Shown here: positions 52,453 to 60,907 of the stretch, one piece after another
Layout: the number at the start of each line of letters is the position of its first letter
Numbering within the stretch: the stretch's first letter is position 1
Source of the DNA: a bacterium
GTDB lineage: Bacteria > Hydrothermota > UBA3072 > JAPDKE01
Assembly: GCA_029258725.1 (NCBI GenBank)
Contig: JAPDKE010000019.1
Span: forward strand, 11,033-75,032
Length of the DNA stretch: 64,000 bases
Reading direction: 5' to 3'
Made by a program: the position numbers and the translations under genes
Notes under the pieces: generated by a model
What the model saw: only the letters and a program-made list of their open reading frames with translations
The model's database searches: none
Told to the model about the DNA's origin: nothing

Positions 52453-53460
52453 TTACTCCTTTATATTCTCTTTGTCAAGACCCTTTCTCCATCGTAAAGG
52501 ATAGTTGTTATTGAAGAAATGCGCCTTCTCCCAATCCTTTTCTGCTTCTTCCGACTTTCCCATAAGCCGGTATGCCTCACCCCTGAGGTAGTAGAAGTCC
52601 CCCACCGATGGCATGTTTTCTATAAGGTAATCAAATTCCTTCACAGCCTGGACATGGTCTTTCTTTATAAGGGCGTAGAGAGCATTGAAGAAAGTTTTCT
52701 GAATTCCTGAACCTGCCTTTTCTCTTCCCTGATTTACATCTCCCAGTGCATTTTCAGTTTCTCCCATGAAGTAATAAACCAGTCCCCTCCAGAAGTAAAG
52801 ATCAGGTGAACCTCCCTCTTCAATAGCCCTGGTAAAATGAAAAACGGCACTATCACATTCTCCCTTCCAGAAATAGAGAAATGCAAGTTCACCATGTAAC
52901 TGCGCCTTCTCTCCAAAAAATTCCCACAGTTCCCTTGTTTCTTTTATTGCTTCATCAAGCATGCCCGCAAGGGCATACATCCTCATTCTTTTACACCGCA
53001 ATGGCATTTTAACCACTGAGTAACGCAGGGCAAGGGTCAGATCCTCTGCAGCTTTTCTGTATTCTCCCATCTCAAAATACACCATTGCTCTCCATTCATA
53101 AAAATCATGATTCTGTGGTTCCTTCTCTATTGCTTTTGTATAGTACTGAAGGCAAACCTCCCGCTCTCCCTTTGCATGGTAAATCTTCGCAAGATCCACA
53201 TAATAAATTGACCGGTCGGGATTGATTTCTATCGCTTTTTCAATATCGCGCACGGCATCTTCATATCTTTCCATCCTGAAAGATGCCAGCCCTCTGAGCC
53301 TGTAAAGTTCGGCATTCTCAGGATATTTTTCCAGACATGTAGAGAATGCATGATATGCATCTTCCCACTTCCCTTCCATAAAATATATCCTCCCCTCTCT
53401 GCAGAGTTCCGGAGATGCACACCCTGAGAGAAGGAAAATCAAACATACCAGTTTTTTCAT
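52453..53460 (-). CDS. TPR-repeat lipoprotein (paralog 2 of a tandem pair)
   Basis: Start at ATG 53460 after AGGAGG, with an ATGA overlap with the upstream paralog. MKKLVCLIFLLSGCASP lipobox. Multiple TPR units (..AEDLTLALRY.., ..AIEKEPQNHDFYEWRAMVYFEMGEY..). Confidence 0.75.
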   Translation of the reverse strand: MKKLVCLIFLLSGCASPELCREGRIYFMEGKWEDAYHAFSTCLEKYPENAELYRLRGLASFRMERYEDAVRDIEKAIEINPDRSIYYVDLAKIYHAKGEREVCLQYYTKAIEKEPQNHDFYEWRAMVYFEMGEYRKAAEDLTLALRYSVVKMPLRCKRMRMYALAGMLDEAIKETRELWEFFGEKAQLHGELAFLYFWKGECDSAVFHFTRAIEEGGSPDLYFWRGLVYYFMGETENALGDVNQGREKAGSGIQKTFFNALYALIKKDHVQAVKEFDYLIENMPSVGDFYYLRGEAYRLMGKSEEAEKDWEKAHFFNNNYPLRWRKGLDKENIKE

Positions 53461-54401
53461 TTTTTCCTCCTTACAACAGGATAACATGGATTTAACCGGT
53501 GCGCCTTCAACCAGTCCTCATAAGCTCCTTTCTCATCTCCCAGAAGAAAACGAACATCCCCCCTTCTCGCATAGAATCCTGCCACGTCCGGTCTTTTTTC
53601 TATTGCAAGATTATAATATTTCAGGGAATTTCTGTAATCTCCTTCAGCAAAGGACAGCAAAGCTTGGATGCCGTATTTTACAAATTTTTCATTAAATACG
53701 CCCTGATATTCCTCTATAACTTTTTTCATCTTTTCCACATCCCCCATGTAATAACATGTAACTGCAAGATTATGGGCAACAACCTCACTTTCGTATTTCC
53801 TCAACCATCTTTCCCAGCATACATAGGCACTTTCAGGAACTCCCATCCAGAGAAAGACAAACCCTTTTGTGTAGTCGTCTTTCGCTTCCTTCAATGCCTC
53901 ATCAAATCTTCCAGCCCAGCTCAGAATCTTTGCCTTTTCAAACCCAGAAATCTCATCCCCATTCAGTTCAATATACATCAAAAGGTCCCTAATCCCTTCT
54001 TCTGTTTTTCCCTCTTCCATAAGGATATTCCCTCTCAGCTTATACAAACTAACTGCCTGCGAATTTTTAAGTGCGCGATTGCACAGTTTAACTGCATTCT
54101 CATAATCCTTTCTCTTTGAATAGATTTTTATAACATACACAAGAGGAGTAACATCTGTTGTATCAAGCATCCATGCCTTCATGAAATCCTCAAGCGCCTT
54201 TTCTTCCTTTTCAAGATAGTAATAAGCACAACCCCGGAAAAGATAGAGGTCGTGGTCATTAGGGTGGGATTCCATACATTCTGTAATGGCTTCAATTGCC
54301 TCCGAGTATTTTCCTTCATGAAAAAGCCTTATACCCTCTTCCCTGCAAAGAGGAATCGCACATCCAGTAAATACACAGAAGAGAATCCATCCCCTCTGCA
54401 T
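53457..54401 (-). CDS. TPR-repeat lipoprotein (paralog 1 of a tandem pair)
   Basis: Start taken at ATG 54401 (MQRGWILFCVFTGCAIP lipobox). The track extension overlaps the SpoIID gene. The N-terminal region is alignable to its neighbour (REEGIRLFHEGKYSEAIEAITECMESHPNDHDLYLFRG vs REGRIYFMEGKWEDAYHAFSTCLEKYPENAELYRLRG). Confidence 0.7.
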   Translation of the reverse strand: MQRGWILFCVFTGCAIPLCREEGIRLFHEGKYSEAIEAITECMESHPNDHDLYLFRGCAYYYLEKEEKALEDFMKAWMLDTTDVTPLVYVIKIYSKRKDYENAVKLCNRALKNSQAVSLYKLRGNILMEEGKTEEGIRDLLMYIELNGDEISGFEKAKILSWAGRFDEALKEAKDDYTKGFVFLWMGVPESAYVCWERWLRKYESEVVAHNLAVTCYYMGDVEKMKKVIEEYQGVFNEKFVKYGIQALLSFAEGDYRNSLKYYNLAIEKRPDVAGFYARRGDVRFLLGDEKGAYEDWLKAHRLNPCYPVVRRKK

Positions 54402-54418
54402 GAAAAAAGTATAGCATA

Positions 54419-55573
54419 TCACCACATCTTTTTCAACCTTATTCCACGGTAGTAGTGTTTTAAAATCTGTTTGTATGAATATCCCTCTCTTGCCATCTCC
54501 ATTGCACCAAACTGGCACATTCCAACCCCGTGCCCGAATCCCCTTCCTTTTATGTAAATTTTATTTCCCCTTGTCTCTATGTGAAAAAGGGTGCTTTTAA
54601 GAGAACCCCTCTTCGGGTCCCTGAACAATCTCCTTGCCCTATCCTTATCTATCCTGTATCTTTTTTTTGCGGTTGCAACCTCCACCTCCTTTATCCTTCC
54701 ACTCCTCGTCCTCTTTCTTATCCTCACCCACCTCACCCTTCCCGGGTCCTCTCCGATTATCTCAGAAAGGTTTTTTCTTATAAGTGAAAAAAACTCCTCC
54801 TTTGAATAAACCCTCACCCAGTTAAAGTGGGGAGAAAACCTGCAGAAGGGCTTTCCCCTTTTTGAATCCCTCACGCTTCTGAGATAGGGAACGGGTTTAC
54901 CATTCCACACATTCTCGTTGTCTTCCGTCCTTCCCCCGCACGTTGAGTGATACTTTGCATCTATGGGCTTCCCCCGGTAAACGGCAACCACTCCCCTCGT
55001 CTCCTCAACAGCCCTGTTTGTGAGGGGAGACTCAACCCTCACCCCCCCATAAACCTGGTCCTCAACCGTCGGAACCATGTCATAAGGCATGTTTCTTCTT
55101 ATATGAGCAACCGCATAGGTTCTCGCAGCAACTGCCTGGGCCTTCAGTGCCTCTATCAGGTCCTCCCTCAGATACCCCATCTCAAGCGGAACAACCCCTT
55201 TAAGATAATCCTCCATTTTCACCTCGTTTATCACATATACATCCCCACCCACATTCTTAACCACAATCTCACCACGATATGCTCTTCCATTGAGATGAAC
55301 AAATCCACGGATGGGAGAAAATCTCACCGGATATCGGGGATTTTTTACTCTTTTTTTCCCCTTCCATATAACCAGTGGATGAAACTTAAGATTTACCTCC
55401 CCCTTCAGTTCTGTCTTTCTTCCATCAATCTCCATTACAATCCCGAAATCCCCGGCAATTACTATTTTCTCAGGGTTTTTTAAAAGAAGAATCCTCACTG
55501 TGGGCTCTCCCCTTCCAGCTCCCGGAGGTGGAACACAGGAAAGAACAAGTAAAAAAGGTAGTATTTTACGCAG
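54419..55573 (-). CDS. SpoIID/LytB-domain protein (lytic transglycosylase / amidase-enhancer family), probable lipoprotein
   Basis: ..ALKAQAVAARTYA...KYHSTCGGRTEDNENVW...HGVGMCQFGAMEMA. The track start is GTG 55498. The frame stays open 25 codons further and encodes (CTG)RKILPFLLVLSC.., a lipoprotein signal, with GGGAGG 6 nt before CTG 55573. Confidence 0.85.
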   Translation of the reverse strand: MRKILPFLLVLSCVPPPGAGRGEPTVRILLLKNPEKIVIAGDFGIVMEIDGRKTELKGEVNLKFHPLVIWKGKKRVKNPRYPVRFSPIRGFVHLNGRAYRGEIVVKNVGGDVYVINEVKMEDYLKGVVPLEMGYLREDLIEALKAQAVAARTYAVAHIRRNMPYDMVPTVEDQVYGGVRVESPLTNRAVEETRGVVAVYRGKPIDAKYHSTCGGRTEDNENVWNGKPVPYLRSVRDSKRGKPFCRFSPHFNWVRVYSKEEFFSLIRKNLSEIIGEDPGRVRWVRIRKRTRSGRIKEVEVATAKKRYRIDKDRARRLFRDPKRGSLKSTLFHIETRGNKIYIKGRGFGHGVGMCQFGAMEMAREGYSYKQILKHYYRGIRLKKMW

Positions 55574-56009
55574 AGTCCACCTCCCTTAAAAACTCCCTCA
55601 TGAATTCACAGTGGGTTCCCTCCCAGTAAAATTTTTTACATACAGGACAGTAATAGAATTCATCATGGGTTAAATACGTGTATTCTGGAACATTTCCCTT
55701 TGCCTTTTCCTTTGGAACCTTCTCAAGGGGAGTGTTGCACAGAGAACACCTTGTGAGCATCTCTGCGGGTGGAAAGTTTTTTCTTATCTCCTTCAACTGC
55801 TCCCTTATAAACTCTGAGGAAAGTAAAAATACCTTCACTCCCGGTGTTCCCGGCAAATGGGTATCTCTGGTTATTATTATCCTCCCCTCCTTCCTTGCCA
55901 CCTCAATTAGCTTTCCCCTGTCGGTATCACGCATATAAAGGGTATCATACCCCAGAATCCTCATCCACCTCGCAAGCCTCCCGCACATGAAGTCAACAAC
56001 AAATTTCAC
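55566..56009 (-). CDS. Mut7-C RNase-domain protein (PIN-like + zinc ribbon)
   Basis: 147 aa, MKFVVDFMCGRLARWMRILGYDTLY...IITRD... CSLCN...YYCPVCKKFYWEGTH. Confidence 0.8.
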   Translation of the reverse strand: MKFVVDFMCGRLARWMRILGYDTLYMRDTDRGKLIEVARKEGRIIITRDTHLPGTPGVKVFLLSSEFIREQLKEIRKNFPPAEMLTRCSLCNTPLEKVPKEKAKGNVPEYTYLTHDEFYYCPVCKKFYWEGTHCEFMREFLREVDSA

Positions 56010-56629
56010 TTAAGCCCCCAGTTTTCAAGCAGTCTCTCTATCTCTCCTTCCGGTAAAGGTTTTGGTGTTCCAAGCAGTCTGGAAAGGAAAACGACCTTTG
56101 CAAGATACTCAATCCTTTCCGCCCTGAAATACGCCTCATCCAGGTCCTTTCCCGCTGCAAGGACACCATGATTTGCAAGAAGGATGGAGTTGTGGTTTAA
56201 AATGAGATCTGAAATACTCTTTGATAATTCAGGTGTTGAAGGGGTTGCATAAGGACTCACGGGGACTTTCCCGTTTGTAAGAACCGCCTCTGCAACAAGG
56301 GGTTCAAGGGGGATGTGGGTGACCGCAAATGCCGTAGCATAGGGAGAGTGGGTGTGAACCACTGCGTGAATATCCTTTCTCAACCTGTAAACCTCAAGAT
56401 GAAGCCTGTATTCGGATGATGGCTTTCCCCTCCCGATAACCTCTCCCTCAGGCGAGATTTTTACAATCTCCTCAACCCTCATCTCCCCCTTGCTCACCCC
56501 TGATGGAGTTATGAGGATGTTTCCGTCGGGCAGTCTTGCGGAGACGTTACCATCAGTTGCAACAACAAGTCCCTTTTCATAGAGCTTTTTTCCAATCTCA
56601 ACTATCTTTCTCCTCAGGATATACTCCAC
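56006..56629 (-). CDS. class II aldolase/adducin family protein (fuculose-1-phosphate aldolase / MTRu-1-P dehydratase-like)
   Basis: 207 aa, ..DGNVSARL..ILITPSGV.K..M......HAVVHTHSPYATAFA... Confidence 0.82.
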   Translation of the reverse strand: MEYILRRKIVEIGKKLYEKGLVVATDGNVSARLPDGNILITPSGVSKGEMRVEEIVKISPEGEVIGRGKPSSEYRLHLEVYRLRKDIHAVVHTHSPYATAFAVTHIPLEPLVAEAVLTNGKVPVSPYATPSTPELSKSISDLILNHNSILLANHGVLAAGKDLDEAYFRAERIEYLAKVVFLSRLLGTPKPLPEGEIERLLENWGLK

Positions 56630-57383
56630 CCTTAACCTCCTCTATATATTTCCTCACAGCCCTTCTTGCCTCCTCAAGCAGATTCACATACACCTTTGCA
56701 TGTGAGGGAATGTGCGGAGAAAACCCCAGGATATCGTGGACCACAAGAATCTGTCCATCGCAGTGGGGACCTGAACCTATGCCATAAACAGGAATTTCAA
56801 GTTTTTCCGTTATTTCCTTTGCAAGAGAAGGGGAAACGGACTCAAGGATTATTGAAAAAACACCGGCATCCTGAAGTAAAAGGGCATCTTCCATTATCTT
56901 TTTTCTTTCCTTCTCTGTTTTTCCAAACCTCCGGTATCCACCCCACTGCCTCACCCACTGGGGATTCAATCCAAGATGCCCCATAACAGGTATTCCTGAG
57001 TTTATGAGTGCCTTTATCTTATCCAGAACTTCCCTTCCTCCCTCAAGTTTCACCGCATCCGCACCCTCCTTCAAAAATCTTCCCGCATTCCTTACAGCCT
57101 CCTCACACGAAACCTGATAGGAAAGAAATGGCATGTCTGCAACCACCATAGCCCTCTCAACCCCTCTCCTCACTGCCTTCAGGAAAACAAGCATCTCCTC
57201 CATCGTAACAGGAATGGTATCCTCATATCCCAGGAGAACCATTCCAACGGAATCTCCAACAAGGATAACATCTATCCCTTCCTCATCCTCAATACGGGCA
57301 AGGGTATAATCATAGGCAGTGAGGAGAACAGCCTTTTCCTTCTTTTTTTTCTTTTCCAGGAGGGTCTTTACCGTTACCCTCAC
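56598..57383 (-). CDS. panB: 3-methyl-2-oxobutanoate hydroxymethyltransferase
   Basis: 261 aa, ..LTAYDYTLARIEDEEGIDVILVGDSVGMVLLGYEDT.PVT..EM....KAV.RG...VVADMPF.SY...AVKLEGG. Confidence 0.95.
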   Translation of the reverse strand: MRVTVKTLLEKKKKKEKAVLLTAYDYTLARIEDEEGIDVILVGDSVGMVLLGYEDTIPVTMEEMLVFLKAVRRGVERAMVVADMPFLSYQVSCEEAVRNAGRFLKEGADAVKLEGGREVLDKIKALINSGIPVMGHLGLNPQWVRQWGGYRRFGKTEKERKKIMEDALLLQDAGVFSIILESVSPSLAKEITEKLEIPVYGIGSGPHCDGQILVVHDILGFSPHIPSHAKVYVNLLEEARRAVRKYIEEVKGGVYPEEKDS

Positions 57384-58462
57384 TTAATCCTTCCAACGAG
57401 TTTCAGTCTTTCTCCCACGCGAAGGTCTGTCTCCTCAACGGAAACTATGTATCCAACCGAGTAATTATCCCGGACAGAAAGAACCTGGATTTTTCCGCAC
57501 GGTTTTATCGGGATTTGTTCATCCTCGGACTCCCGATAGATGAGGAAAACGTCTCCTGGTTTTACCTCCTGGTCTTTCCCGGGGACTATGTAAACCACAT
57601 CAAATGGTCTGTATCTTGGCTTTTCCTCCCTGAATCCGGCTATTCTTCCCTCAAGCAAAATTCCCATGGGCTCAGGCGTCCCTGTGGGGAATTCGGGAAA
57701 TTCTATCCTCGCAACCTTTGCTGGAAGGCTGATTGGAGCATACTGTGCAACCACCATCCCTGTGCTGGTGATTGAGTCCGTCTTTGTTATTCTAACCTTT
57801 CCAAGAATGAATACCTTTTTCCCGAGATATTCCCCGGTCTCAGGATTTGATACATCACCTCCGTAATCTATGATGGTCAGTATATCTCCCGGTTTTATCC
57901 CGTGTGAACCTCCAAGGTCAATCAGGACCTCATCGTGGAGTGTGGCTGCATTTTTCAAAACTCCCCTTGACTCCTTTATCTCTCCCTCGTGAATATCCTC
58001 AATCGTGAGAAATCCTGCGGTTTCAATAAGCCTTGTTCCCTCTGCATGGCTCATCCATATTCTTTCTATCTTTGTCTCCTTCACCAATGGCTTTTCCTCT
58101 TCCTTTTTCTGAAGAACGCTCACCACCTCTATTTTCTTTTCAGGTTCAACCTGGGGTGCCTCAACCGCCTCAGGGGTCGATATTCCTGCCTCTTTGGGCA
58201 CCTCTTCTGCAGCCTCTTCTTTCTCCTGAGTTACCTCCTCCTTTGTCTCCTTTTTATAAGGTGGAATCTCAAGCCTCTGCCAGGGATATATGAGATTCGG
58301 GTCCCTTATTTTGTCCTTGTTTGCCTCGTAGATGATGGGCCATAAAAATGGGTCCTTGTAGAATTTTCCGGCAAGGTCCCACAGGCAGTCCCCTTTTTTC
58401 ACAACGTATTCAAACGAAAAGAGGGGAAGAAACACGAGAAGTAACCATGAAAGTTTACGCAT
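57380..58462 (-). CDS. LysM-domain envelope protein with acidic linker and two SH3-like beta domains
   Basis: 360 aa. Signal peptide. YVVKKGDCLWDLAGKFYKDPFLWPIIYEANKDKIRDPNLIYPWQRLEIP (LysM). E/K-rich linker, then two G..I.PGD.. modules. Confidence 0.75.
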   Translation of the reverse strand: MRKLSWLLLVFLPLFSFEYVVKKGDCLWDLAGKFYKDPFLWPIIYEANKDKIRDPNLIYPWQRLEIPPYKKETKEEVTQEKEEAAEEVPKEAGISTPEAVEAPQVEPEKKIEVVSVLQKKEEEKPLVKETKIERIWMSHAEGTRLIETAGFLTIEDIHEGEIKESRGVLKNAATLHDEVLIDLGGSHGIKPGDILTIIDYGGDVSNPETGEYLGKKVFILGKVRITKTDSITSTGMVVAQYAPISLPAKVARIEFPEFPTGTPEPMGILLEGRIAGFREEKPRYRPFDVVYIVPGKDQEVKPGDVFLIYRESEDEQIPIKPCGKIQVLSVRDNYSVGYIVSVEETDLRVGERLKLVGRIK

Positions 58463-58712
58463 CTTTTCCCTCCTTTACCTTTGCATATTTTATTTTTAAT
58501 TCCGCAATGATGGAATCAAGAAAGATGCTTTCCTCACGTGTGAGGTTTCCCTTTGTTTTCTCCTTCAGGACTTCAAGTGTTTCTATTGTATATCTCGCAA
58601 GTTCCAGGTCTTTCTGTTTTTTACCCGTTACCGGGTCCTCCACCAGCCCCATTGCCATGAGGGCACCGGATGCAAGTCTCACTATCAGTCCCTCAAAGGA
58701 TGCCTTTTCCAT
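58455..58712 (-). CDS. DUF1844-like small protein
   Basis: 85 aa, ..LASGALMAMGLVEDPVTGKKQKDLELARYTIETLEVLKEKTKGNLTREE. This matches the DUF1844 pattern as I recall it. Confidence 0.65.
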   Translation of the reverse strand: MEKASFEGLIVRLASGALMAMGLVEDPVTGKKQKDLELARYTIETLEVLKEKTKGNLTREESIFLDSIIAELKIKYAKVKEGKDA

Positions 58713-58757
58713 ACTTTAATTTTTACCAGATAAAATGAGAAAATGCAAGGGGTTATT

Positions 58758-59789
58758 TCAGGGTCGCAGGAGAATCTCAACTCCCATAACCAGCCTTCCA
58801 TCCTTCATGTATTTTTCAATCCCAATATCGCATTTTAAATTCCTGTCAGGCAATTCAAGTCCAATTCCGCCTGCAATGTATTCTGTGTCTGGCTTCCTGC
58901 ACCACCCTCCACGCAGAAACACAATTTCCCTCCACACATTCATCTCCATCCCTATCCGTGTATGAACGGAAGCCATATCAAATTTTTTAAAAACACTGTG
59001 GTCCACGCGATTTTCAAGCCCTAAGGAGAAATTTTCTCCCTTCCATGCAACCCCTCCTGTTATTACAGCCGACCTGATAAATTCCTTCCACAGAAAATCC
59101 TCACCTGTGTAAGACATATCAATGGTCATTCCTCCCTCCAGTTTTCTCCCTCTCCATAGAAAAAGTCCCTTCATTCCCCATCCAGTCCGGGAGCTCCTGG
59201 AATACTGTCTTCCTGAACCTCCAAGAAGGATTGTCAACCTGTCTCTTTCAAATCTTCCGTGCACCTGAATTTTTGCTGTTCTGGTTTCCGAGCTCCTGTA
59301 TTCCTCTTCCACCCACTCTTCTTGTCGGGCTATTCCTCCTCCTATTTTAAATGAAGGAAAGACAGCAAACTGAACTCCCGCCTTTACCAGGGACACGGAG
59401 TGGGCATAATTTTCGCTCCAGCACAAAAGATATTGTTTGCCCAGCAATCCCACACTGGCTTTATCACTCACTCTCCATCCCGCCGCTCCGGTGACACCAT
59501 TGGCTTTCCCCTCAATTCCATAGAAGCTGTATTTCATTCTCCATACCTCACCATAACACCGGAATCTTCTCTCTCCCACCTGAAACATTCCTACTGTTGC
59601 CTGAACATCCTTTTCATCATCTTCTACTTTCAGAATATACCCTCCTCCCTCGTTTCTTCCTCCATCGTTTTCATAAAGACCTGCAGGATTTCCAAAGAAA
59701 TCAAAGAAGATGGGCTCTTTCCTTTCCTGGAGCACAATTTCAAGATTACCCAGGGACATGATTCTGATTGTAAAAAAAATAAATATCAT
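58758..59789 (-). CDS. hypothetical putative outer-membrane barrel with an NPAG motif (paralog-like B)
   Basis: 343 aa with FFGNPAGLYEND near the N-terminus, then beta-strand-like alternation. 4-nt overlap with the upstream gene. Confidence 0.4.
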   Translation of the reverse strand: MIFIFFTIRIMSLGNLEIVLQERKEPIFFDFFGNPAGLYENDGGRNEGGGYILKVEDDEKDVQATVGMFQVGERRFRCYGEVWRMKYSFYGIEGKANGVTGAAGWRVSDKASVGLLGKQYLLCWSENYAHSVSLVKAGVQFAVFPSFKIGGGIARQEEWVEEEYRSSETRTAKIQVHGRFERDRLTILLGGSGRQYSRSSRTGWGMKGLFLWRGRKLEGGMTIDMSYTGEDFLWKEFIRSAVITGGVAWKGENFSLGLENRVDHSVFKKFDMASVHTRIGMEMNVWREIVFLRGGWCRKPDTEYIAGGIGLELPDRNLKCDIGIEKYMKDGRLVMGVEILLRP

Positions 59790-60907
59790 GGTATCCTCCC
59801 TGCTTCCACTGCTGCACAGGTAATTTTTCCTTCCAGAAACTCCAGGATTGACACCCCAGCATGCACGTAGAAGTGTGAGAAAACAAGTCTCACCCCACCA
59901 TAGAACCCGTCCCGAACACCTTCCCCTACCCTTTCAAATCTGTAAAAGCCTCTTAAATAGAGGCGTGAAGAAACCCTATACTCTATCCCGGCTCTCAGAA
60001 GAAATACCTCCTCCTTCCAATCATCAACATAGGGTAGGCTTCCTTCCGAGTTTATATCCTCTCCTTCTATAAGAAGAATAAGGGTCGGGGTTGTGTATTT
60101 CACCCCGACGGCAAATCCCAGGGTATTTATATCTGTGCTCTCTGCGTATACAGGAAAATACTGCCAGAGTACATCATTCATCCAGAATGCCTTTATCCCC
60201 ACCTTTATTTTTTCCACAGGCTCCTTGAAGAACACCTCTGCTTCAGTAAACTTTCTTGGTATATTCTCCCATTCTTTAATAATAATCCCTCCCCTCAACC
60301 CACCTTCAACCATTCCTCCTTTTACTATAAATCCTCCCCGGTACCGTCTCATATCCGCGAGACCTTCTATTCCCATCCCATCTTCACTTATTGAAACTCC
60401 TGCCTCAAACCTGGATGAAATAAATCCAATACCTCCATCAATGCCTGAAAAGGAAACATCTCCCAGTTCCTCTCCATACCCGTAGCGTAAAGAGCGATAC
60501 CTCACACCAGCACAAATGTTTCCCACCCGATATGAAACCGGGACCATTGTATTCACCACTGTGTGTGAATATGGAAAGAGAAAGTACCCAAACAAGTAAA
60601 AATAGTCGCTTCTTGTTCTCCGCAGATGAAACCCACCACCGAGACCTTCGGCACTTTCTGAAAAGTCAAGGTAAATACTCTGTGCCATAAGGGTATCGTA
60701 TGTTTCCACCCCGGCCTCAAACCTTGCCATCTTATACGCATATCCTGCAGGATTTTTTGCGAATTCATAAAGGTCAAACTCATCGTCAAGAAGAAGAAAC
60801 CTCATGCTGTAGTCCCTGAGTGAAAAGAATTCCCAGGGTTCTGAAAAATACTCATCCACATCCGGATAAAAAGCAAAAAGCAAAATCATCACACACCTCC
60901 TCTTCAA
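59786..60907 (-). CDS. hypothetical putative outer-membrane barrel with an NPAG motif (paralog-like A)
   Basis: 373 aa with FAKNPAGYAYK near the N-terminus and Gly/aromatic-rich strands. Abuts the TamB stop with no gap. Confidence 0.4.
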   Translation of the reverse strand: MKRRCVMILLFAFYPDVDEYFSEPWEFFSLRDYSMRFLLLDDEFDLYEFAKNPAGYAYKMARFEAGVETYDTLMAQSIYLDFSESAEGLGGGFHLRRTRSDYFYLFGYFLFPYSHTVVNTMVPVSYRVGNICAGVRYRSLRYGYGEELGDVSFSGIDGGIGFISSRFEAGVSISEDGMGIEGLADMRRYRGGFIVKGGMVEGGLRGGIIIKEWENIPRKFTEAEVFFKEPVEKIKVGIKAFWMNDVLWQYFPVYAESTDINTLGFAVGVKYTTPTLILLIEGEDINSEGSLPYVDDWKEEVFLLRAGIEYRVSSRLYLRGFYRFERVGEGVRDGFYGGVRLVFSHFYVHAGVSILEFLEGKITCAAVEAGRIP

